Source: an uncultured Clostridia bacterium
GTDB taxonomy: Bacteria > Bacillota > Clostridia > Christensenellales > CAMQZB01
Length of the DNA: 64,000 bases
Direction of reading: 5' to 3'
Assembly: GCA_947039455.1 (NCBI GenBank)
Contig: CAMQZB010000002.1
Location: 97,393 to 161,392 of the forward strand
Below, in pieces: positions 57,348 through 64,000 of the stretch. The first letter of the stretch is position 1; the number at the start of each line of letters is the position of its first letter. Under the pieces are notes generated by a model, which was not told the DNA's origin, did no database searches, and saw only the letters and a program-made list of their open reading frames with translations. Position numbers and translations under genes: made by a program.

Positions 57348-58442
57348 TTATTTTAATACGCATAAAACACTAGCTAGTAAAGCTTCGTCTTTCAAATCAT
57401 TTATGAAATTCATTATATTGTCGAATAGTTTTAATAAATACTCAGCTGATTTGTTGTCTAATTTATCAAATAAAAACGTATCCGTAGGGAGCTTATTTCT
57501 GTTGGAAGATTTTTTATTTTTATATATTTTTAATTTATCTAATATCTCATGCTTCTTTGATAGATTAAAACCTGCATGATCCAAAGAATCAAAAACTTCA
57601 AATAAATTTTCAATAATTATACCTTCCTTTTTGGCAATATTTTTTACGTAATTAATTTTATCGTTGGCAATTTGAATATTTTTCGGATCAAATATAATTT
57701 CGAAAGTGCTAAGTGTAGTGGTTTTGTCGTATTCATTTTCTAGATTTAATAAATAAATTATTTTATTTATATGCGGTTCAATAGCTAATATGTCTTTTCT
57801 ATTTTCTTTTATATATTTTTCATCAATGGTATCACTAAATAAACAATTGTTGAAGATCAGCTCTAGCTCTTTTAAATTTTCAATTAATTGAGATATAACG
57901 CTATAGATTATTTGTGGGTCAATAGTGTACTTGCCCGTTTTAGCATGTGCATGCGTATTACTGTTTCCTCGTTTATCAAAAGGATATCTAAATTTTTCAC
58001 TTGAATCATCAAAAGTACTTAGATCTAGAATGACAGCTTCAATTTTATCAAATTCATCTGTACTATAATAACCCATATAATCGTTTATTTCTAATAACTT
58101 GGGCTTTAATATATCCCAAGAACTGTCCAAATTATGAGATATTTTTTTCAATAAGCCTGTGAACTCATCAGATGTATTTGTTACGTATAATTTAATCAAT
58201 GCTTTTAATTGCAGTTCAACTGATTGTCTTAAATTAAATACTAGAGGTATTCCTAAAAAATCAATTTGGTTTCCATCATTATTTTTTATAGCATGCACTA
58301 TCTTATCCCATAAGGCGTCTGCACTTTTTAAATAGCATTCTGCAAATGTTGAATAACCATTGCAATTTCCAAAATCTTGTATTTGAGCTTGTAATCTTAA
58401 TGGTAATTTTTTATTGAATACCGATTGATTAAGATGTTTCAT
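57348..58442 (-). CDS. Hypothetical 364-aa protein
   Basis: Long ORF with an AGGAGA-type RBS. No confident motif. Confidence 0.5.
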   Translation of the reverse strand: MKHLNQSVFNKKLPLRLQAQIQDFGNCNGYSTFAECYLKSADALWDKIVHAIKNNDGNQIDFLGIPLVFNLRQSVELQLKALIKLYVTNTSDEFTGLLKKISHNLDSSWDILKPKLLEINDYMGYYSTDEFDKIEAVILDLSTFDDSSEKFRYPFDKRGNSNTHAHAKTGKYTIDPQIIYSVISQLIENLKELELIFNNCLFSDTIDEKYIKENRKDILAIEPHINKIIYLLNLENEYDKTTTLSTFEIIFDPKNIQIANDKINYVKNIAKKEGIIIENLFEVFDSLDHAGFNLSKKHEILDKLKIYKNKKSSNRNKLPTDTFLFDKLDNKSAEYLLKLFDNIMNFINDLKDEALLASVLCVLK

Positions 58443-59297
58443 ATTATATAATTTCTCCTTAGTAACTTTTACATATATTATATCATAGCATTAATAATAT
58501 ATCAAGATAAACCATAATCACATTGCCTATTATCTATTAGAAATGCAGTTTTATTTTTAGTAGTGATATGTGTAATTATTCCAATATAATAATTAGAATT
58601 AGGCAATCTATTGAAAGCGTCCATTGAACGTGATGTACTATCCTTAATATTATATTCTAAGGAGAAATTCATGTTGACAATTATCGATTGTCTTGACACT
58701 CATAAATTTCAAGTAATCCTAAAAGCAAACTTTTGTAAGATAGTAAGTGCGGCTTTTTTTATTGTTTTAAACTATTTAATTCAAAATATATAGAAGATTG
58801 GATTAAGGATATTAGTAGTGCTGCTATCTGACCGCCTTGTGGAATTGATTAGGGAATTGGTGAATGCAGTAGATATCCGATGAATATGGAATTTCTAGAG
58901 AAAATGAATAAGCATTGGTTTAAATAATAAAATCTATGGAATAACCTATACTGTATCTTTTTTTTGATATCTAAAAGTAGAAAAATGGCAATAGTAGGTA
59001 AGAATGGTAAACTATAGATTAGTGTAACTACCCAAGGCGAATACTGCTACAAATAAATGCGGTAACAAAACGTAAAAAAGAAGACTTGCAAATCCAAACA
59101 GCAGATTATACTTCGGATAAAAGTATTCAAGGAGCAAAAAGTTTCCAAAACCAGACAAAATCTTAAAAGAGTTAGACGCTTCAACCAATAAAACCGAATA
59201 CAAAGGCGATATGATACTAAAAGCCATGACAAAAGAAAAAGGTGTTGACATTAGGTAATTCTGTGGTATAATTAAAATAAAAGGGTGATTGTTAGAT

Positions 59298-59741
59298 ATG
59301 TGTAGAAAAAAAATGAAAAAATATAATGAGCTATATGTAAATTTTGAAAATATAAAAAATTACTTTTACCAAATAGGTGATGCGATAGATAAGAGTTCGC
59401 TTATAAATCACAAAGATTCACAAGATAACCTTTATGCTATATATGAAGATAAAAAGCTAGTGTATATTGGCACAAGTAAAAAAAATAATATATATAAAAG
59501 ACTTGATCAACACTTAAACAGTTGTCCTTCTGGCACGAATAGTGTGTTGAGTAATGTTAACTCGAGTAAGGGAATTATAAAATTTAAAACTTATAGTACG
59601 GAGTGGGATATTCTTAGATTTTCGACTGAGGCATATTTAATTAGTGTTCTCGATCCTGTTTGGAACAAAAGAGGTACTACGAAAATGAATTATAATGTAG
59701 TAATTTCAGGCAAAGGATATCAGATAAAAAGCAAGGACTAA
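59298..59741 (+). CDS. GIY-YIG-like nuclease domain protein; start uncertain (59289, 59298 or 59313)
   Basis: LYAIYEDKKLVYIGTSKKNNIYKRLDQH resembles the GIY-(10-11 aa)-YIG motif followed by R...H. A terminator hairpin lies at 59730-59757. Confidence 0.5.
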   Translation: MCRKKMKKYNELYVNFENIKNYFYQIGDAIDKSSLINHKDSQDNLYAIYEDKKLVYIGTSKKNNIYKRLDQHLNSCPSGTNSVLSNVNSSKGIIKFKTYSTEWDILRFSTEAYLISVLDPVWNKRGTTKMNYNVVISGKGYQIKSKD

Positions 59742-60155
59742 CAATCCTTGCTTTTTCTATGCCCAAAGGAGGTTAGAACGCATTGCCGTAATAAGAAACT
59801 TATCGTAAAGATAACGTCAGCTAAAGATGGTTTGGAAAAGTCATTGTCGCAACCACAAAGCATCACGACAAAGGCAAGTAAGAGTATCGCAAATGTATTT
59901 TATTGTTAGAGCGTGTGTAAAGCGACAATAGTAGGAATTGAATTATAGTTTTCATTTCTTGTATTATTCCACATTTTCATATATAGCACGTATAATTTGT
60001 CATGAAACATTATTATATAGTCGAGAATTTGTTATGTTAACTAACTTAGAATAACAATATTAAAATTTATTGGGAAATTTTGGTATTTATGGTATAATGA
60101 AATTAATACATAAGGAGGAAGGCGGTGTAGATAACTCTCATCGTATAAAAAAATT

Positions 60156-61229
60156 ATGAAAAAATTATTAAGTATGTTTTTAGTGGTGCTATTAGTGTCC
60201 ACAATGTTTGTAGGGTGCTCGGATAATAATGAAGAGCCTAAAGAGGAATATGTTACTGTACAAGATATGTATGGCAATAGTATTGAAATAGTTAAAAACC
60301 CACAAAAAGTTGCTTGTGTTTCTAGGACTACATATGACTTTTTGATTGCATTTGGTCTTGGTGATAAGATTGATGGTGTATACGAAAATGTTTTAGCGAA
60401 TACATGGGTTCAAGAACTAAACCCAACTCAAGAAGATTATTTTGCATATGAGTACAATCCATCTGCTGAAACCTATATTTCACGTGACGTTGATTTAATA
60501 TTTAGTCCGGAAGAAAGAATTACTGTTGAACTTAGAAAATTAGGTTTGCCAGCTATGACGGTTAATCACTATGGACCTGAAGAAGGTTATGATAATCAAA
60601 TGTTTTTTCTTGCTGACTTGGTAGTTCAACTTTGGGGTGAAGATACTGAAGTTGTAGAGAAAGTTGAATATTGGAAGAACGACATTACAACAACTATTGA
60701 CGATATTACGAATACATTAGACGATAATAATATTGAAGAAGGTAAAAGCATTCATTACGTACGTGCAGATAAGAAAGATAAAGGTATCACTTATACTGAG
60801 AACACACGCCCATACTTAGAGTACATTTATAGATTGCTGAAAGTTAGAACAATAGGTCAAGATTTAGAAAGCAACAAGATAAGTGCTGAAGAATTACTTG
60901 TAATTAATCCTGATTATATAGTAATAGGCGGAATTTATCAAAATGGTGCAGTGGAAGCTTCTAAAGTTGAGCCAATGAATAAATTAACAGCGGTAAAAGA
61001 AGGAAATGTTCTTACGATTCCAGTGGGAATTTCTCAATTTGAACACCCATCATCGGTGGCCAGTGTATTTATAAAAGATCAAGCTAATAAGCTATACCCA
61101 GAATTATTCGATTATGATATTGCTAAACTTACTAAAGAAGCATATAAGTATTATTATAATATTGATTTAACTGATGAACAAACAAAAAACATTCTAGAAG
61201 GAAAAAATCCAGATGGACAATACGAATAG
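60156..61229 (+). CDS. ABC-transporter substrate-binding lipoprotein (iron-siderophore/cobalamin class)
   Basis: Lipobox FVGCSD. Sized like a periplasmic binding protein fold. Followed by a FecCD permease and an ATPase. Confidence 0.8.
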   Translation: MKKLLSMFLVVLLVSTMFVGCSDNNEEPKEEYVTVQDMYGNSIEIVKNPQKVACVSRTTYDFLIAFGLGDKIDGVYENVLANTWVQELNPTQEDYFAYEYNPSAETYISRDVDLIFSPEERITVELRKLGLPAMTVNHYGPEEGYDNQMFFLADLVVQLWGEDTEVVEKVEYWKNDITTTIDDITNTLDDNNIEEGKSIHYVRADKKDKGITYTENTRPYLEYIYRLLKVRTIGQDLESNKISAEELLVINPDYIVIGGIYQNGAVEASKVEPMNKLTAVKEGNVLTIPVGISQFEHPSSVASVFIKDQANKLYPELFDYDIAKLTKEAYKYYYNIDLTDEQTKNILEGKNPDGQYE

Positions 61230-62256
61230 AATGAATTTCGATATGAATAAGGAGAAAAAGCGTTTTCTTCTTTTTCTTGTTGTTGGTATTGTATTATTGT
61301 TTATCACATTTTGTTTATCTCTAATTGCAGGTCGATATAAAATGTCACTTAATCAATTAGTTAATGCAATTTTCACATCAGACGCTAGTTTTGATACAGA
61401 ACGTAGTGTAATAATGCTGTTAAGATTGCCTAGAAGTATTAGTGCTATATTGGTAGGTGCTGCACTTTCAGTGTCTGGTTTGATTTATCAAGAATTATTT
61501 CAAAACAAACTAGTCTCACCAGATTTATTAGGAGTATCAAGTGGCGCAGGATTCGGAGCTGCACTTGCAATAATCTTAGGTGCATCAATGCTGTATGTGG
61601 GGCTAATAGCGTTTGTTTTTGGACTACTAACAGTTGCTTTGACATTAGGAATAGCAAAATTGTTTAGTAAGAACACAGCGTTGATTTTGCTGCTATCTGG
61701 GGTAGTTGTAAGTGGCTTTATGTCATCAGCATTATCAATGGTAAAGTTCTTTGCAGATCAAGAAACAACATTGGCGCAAATCACATTTTGGCTAATGGGT
61801 TCATTTGAGTATGCAAAGATGGAAGATCTAAAACTGCTGTTTCCTCTAATTTTCATAGGAACAACAACTTTAGTTGTACTTAGAAATAGAATAAATGTTA
61901 TTGCGTTAGGACGTGAGGATGCGAAAGCTTCGGGAGTTTCTTATGACGTGTATAAATATATACTTATAGTAATTTCAACTCTACTAACTGCAATTTCAAT
62001 ATCATTTTATGGAGTCATAAGTTGGATCGGATTAGTTATACCGCATATTGTTAGGCTTGCCGTAGGAAGACAAACTCAATTTACTATCCCAATAACAATA
62101 GTTTTTGGAGGCATATTTATGCTATTAGCAGATATAATTTGTCGTGCGTTTACAGCTAGCGAAATTCCGATTTCGGCGATTACTGGCCTAATTGGAACGC
62201 CAATCTTTATCGCAATTCTATTTTTAAAAAAGCAAGTGGTGAAATTAGATGATTAA
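61213..62256 (+). CDS. FecCD-family ABC permease; start uncertain
   Basis: Multi-TM protein with LRLPRSISAILVGAALSVSGLIYQ and a conserved Gly-rich C-terminal loop. Confidence 0.88.
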   Translation: MDNTNRMNFDMNKEKKRFLLFLVVGIVLLFITFCLSLIAGRYKMSLNQLVNAIFTSDASFDTERSVIMLLRLPRSISAILVGAALSVSGLIYQELFQNKLVSPDLLGVSSGAGFGAALAIILGASMLYVGLIAFVFGLLTVALTLGIAKLFSKNTALILLLSGVVVSGFMSSALSMVKFFADQETTLAQITFWLMGSFEYAKMEDLKLLFPLIFIGTTTLVVLRNRINVIALGREDAKASGVSYDVYKYILIVISTLLTAISISFYGVISWIGLVIPHIVRLAVGRQTQFTIPITIVFGGIFMLLADIICRAFTASEIPISAITGLIGTPIFIAILFLKKQVVKLDD

Positions 62257-63016
62257 TTTGAAAAATATAAAATTTAAGTATAAAAATAACGCGTATGATG
62301 TGATAAATGATGTTACTCTTAATATTAAGAAAAACACAATCAATGTTTTACTTGGTTTAAACGCTTGTGGTAAAACAACCTTATTAAAAATAATGAATGG
62401 ATTGTTAAAACCTCAACATGGTGTAGTTGAGATTGACGGTGAAAATATAATAAGTATGTCACATGTTGAAAGGGCGAAGAAGATGTCTTTTGTTTTGCAA
62501 CGCCAAAATATTGCATCAGATTTTACAGTGTTTAATTATCTTGCCATTGGATATACGAATTCATTGAAGTTTTATGAACAACCTACATCTTCTCAAAAGG
62601 AAAAGGTAGTTGCAATTGCCGAAGAATTTGGAATAGGTAATCTTTTAAACAGATTACTTGACGAATTGAGTGGTGGGCAACTTCAAATGGTATCAATATG
62701 CAAAGCGCTAATTCAAGATTCTGAAATCATACTACTTGACGAGCCAACAAGTGCATTGGATATGAGAAATCAAAACAAGGTTTTATCGACACTAAAAAGA
62801 ATTGCAGAAGAAACTAATAAAACAATAATTATTACTACGCATAATCCTAATCATGCATTATACCTAAAAGCAAATGTAGTGATCATGAATAAAGGAAAAA
62901 TCATAAACGAAGGTAATAGCGAAAAACTTATAACTAAAGAAACTTTAACAGAAATATACGGAAACGACATATGCTACTCAAATGAGTTAGACTATAACGA
63001 AGTTTCGTTTAAATAA
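62249..63016 (+). CDS. ABC-transporter ATP-binding protein
   Basis: Walker A GLNACGKTT, signature LSGGQLQ, Walker B ILLDEPTSALD. Confidence 0.9.
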   Translation: MINLKNIKFKYKNNAYDVINDVTLNIKKNTINVLLGLNACGKTTLLKIMNGLLKPQHGVVEIDGENIISMSHVERAKKMSFVLQRQNIASDFTVFNYLAIGYTNSLKFYEQPTSSQKEKVVAIAEEFGIGNLLNRLLDELSGGQLQMVSICKALIQDSEIILLDEPTSALDMRNQNKVLSTLKRIAEETNKTIIITTHNPNHALYLKANVVIMNKGKIINEGNSEKLITKETLTEIYGNDICYSNELDYNEVSFK

Positions 63017-63044
63017 GAAAGGGAATTAAAGGGGATTGAAAATT

Positions 63045-63833
63045 ATGACAAATGAAAATAGTTTTGAGTTAGCGTTAGCTAGTGCTGCCAGCTTACCTAT
63101 GGTGAAGATTGACAGAGAACTATATTTACGTAAAGAACTAAAAGGGGCGTATACGTCTGATATTGTGGACATAGCTGTAAGAAAAAATCCTGCACAGGCA
63201 GGAATTTCCTTAGAAGAGATAGATAAGATTGCTGTTAAAGCTATCAAATTTGAAACTACTAAAGTTACTACAATTTCAGCAGCAGCAGGAATTCCTGGAG
63301 GAATTGCAATGGCGGCAACAATACCCGCAGATATAGTTCAATACACAGGACATATGTTGAGAATAGTTCAAAAATTAGTATATCTATATGGTTGGGATGA
63401 ACTTATCGGTGATGACGGTATAGATGATGAAACAACTGGATTACTAACTATATTTATGGGCGTAATGTTTGGTGTTAGAACGGCAACTACTACAATAGCA
63501 AAATTATCTGCTTCTGCGGCTGTGCATGCATCTAAGACAATTGCAGCGAAGTCACTAACAAAAACACTTTATTATCCAGTAGTTAAAAAAATTGCTGCAG
63601 CTATAGGTGTGAAAATGACTAAAGATATTTTTGCAAAATCTATATCTAAGGTAATCCCAGTAATCGGTGCGGTTGCATCAGGTGGACTTACATACATTAC
63701 ATTTAAACCAATGGCAAATAAACTTAAAAAACATCTAGCAGGACTTAATTTTTGCAATGTAGATTTTTATAAAGATGATTATATAGCACCACATGTTGAA
63801 GACGTTGATTTAGATGAGGGTGAGGGAATTTAA
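63045..63833 (+). CDS. EcsC-family protein
   Basis: AAAGIPGGIAMAATIPADIVQYTGHMLRIVQKLVYLYGW is typical of EcsC. ATG at 63045 after AAAGGGGA. Confidence 0.7.
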   Translation: MTNENSFELALASAASLPMVKIDRELYLRKELKGAYTSDIVDIAVRKNPAQAGISLEEIDKIAVKAIKFETTKVTTISAAAGIPGGIAMAATIPADIVQYTGHMLRIVQKLVYLYGWDELIGDDGIDDETTGLLTIFMGVMFGVRTATTTIAKLSASAAVHASKTIAAKSLTKTLYYPVVKKIAAAIGVKMTKDIFAKSISKVIPVIGAVASGGLTYITFKPMANKLKKHLAGLNFCNVDFYKDDYIAPHVEDVDLDEGEGI

Positions 63834-63938
63834 TAATTAGTATAATTAATATAGTGAATGACATCTTTGTTAAATATACACGGCGTAATTAAAAATGTTT
63901 AAAAATAAGCACTTGATTTCGAATCAAGAGGAGGATAC

Positions 63939-64000
63939 ATGAAGTATGATACTAAATCTCTAGAAGCGATACCTATTTTAGATATCGCTAATAAGCTAGG
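63939..64000 (+). CDS. 3'-truncated ORF start (MKYDTKSLEAIPILDIANKL...)
   Basis: RBS GAGGAGGA precedes the ATG. Too short to assign. Confidence 0.35.
   Translation, partial: MKYDTKSLEAIPILDIANKL

Overview
AT-rich, standard-code (TGA = stop) DNA of Bacillota type. I cannot assign a species. The window has three layers. (1) 1-33.7 kb is the backbone of a conjugative element (ICE or conjugative plasmid; its left end is outside the window). It carries a giant polyvalent ArdC-N/N6-methyltransferase/SNF2-helicase gene, a DUF3846-like gene, a YefM-YoeB toxin-antitoxin pair, a 1400-aa surface protein, VirB2-like and VirB6-like membrane proteins, a VirB4 ATPase, a Prim-Pol primase and SSB. (2) The main finding is that the polyvalent gene is split in frame at ~4544/18053 by a 13.5-kb insertion with the gene set of a Tn4451-type mobilisable transposon: TnpW-like ORF, large serine recombinase, HTH protein, inverted repeats plus a MobV relaxase. 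Its cargo is a complete type II-A CRISPR-Cas9 locus: minus-strand tracrRNA, cas9, cas1, cas2, csn2 and an array of 26 repeats and 25 spacers. Both junctions share GAAGG, and excision would rebuild a 2085-codon ORF. Joining the element ends would place a TTGACA -35 box upstream of a candidate -10 box in front of the tnpW-like and recombinase genes. (3) 33.7-59.8 kb is a cargo/defence arm. It holds a three-gene viperin (pVip) cassette bounded by a 43-bp duplication of the ssb 3' end, an Ltp-type exclusion lipoprotein, a chloramphenicol acetyltransferase, Tag glycosylase, a WYL regulator with a DJ-1/PfpI protein, and an XRE switch. It also holds a type I R-M operon with two tandem divergent hsdM genes, an SRA/SBD-like reader protein, a PUA-like/HNH type IV nuclease and several unassigned large ORFs. 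60.1-63.8 kb looks like housekeeping DNA: an iron/siderophore-type ABC importer and an EcsC-like protein. All functional calls come from motifs read by eye in the supplied translations. No database search was possible.
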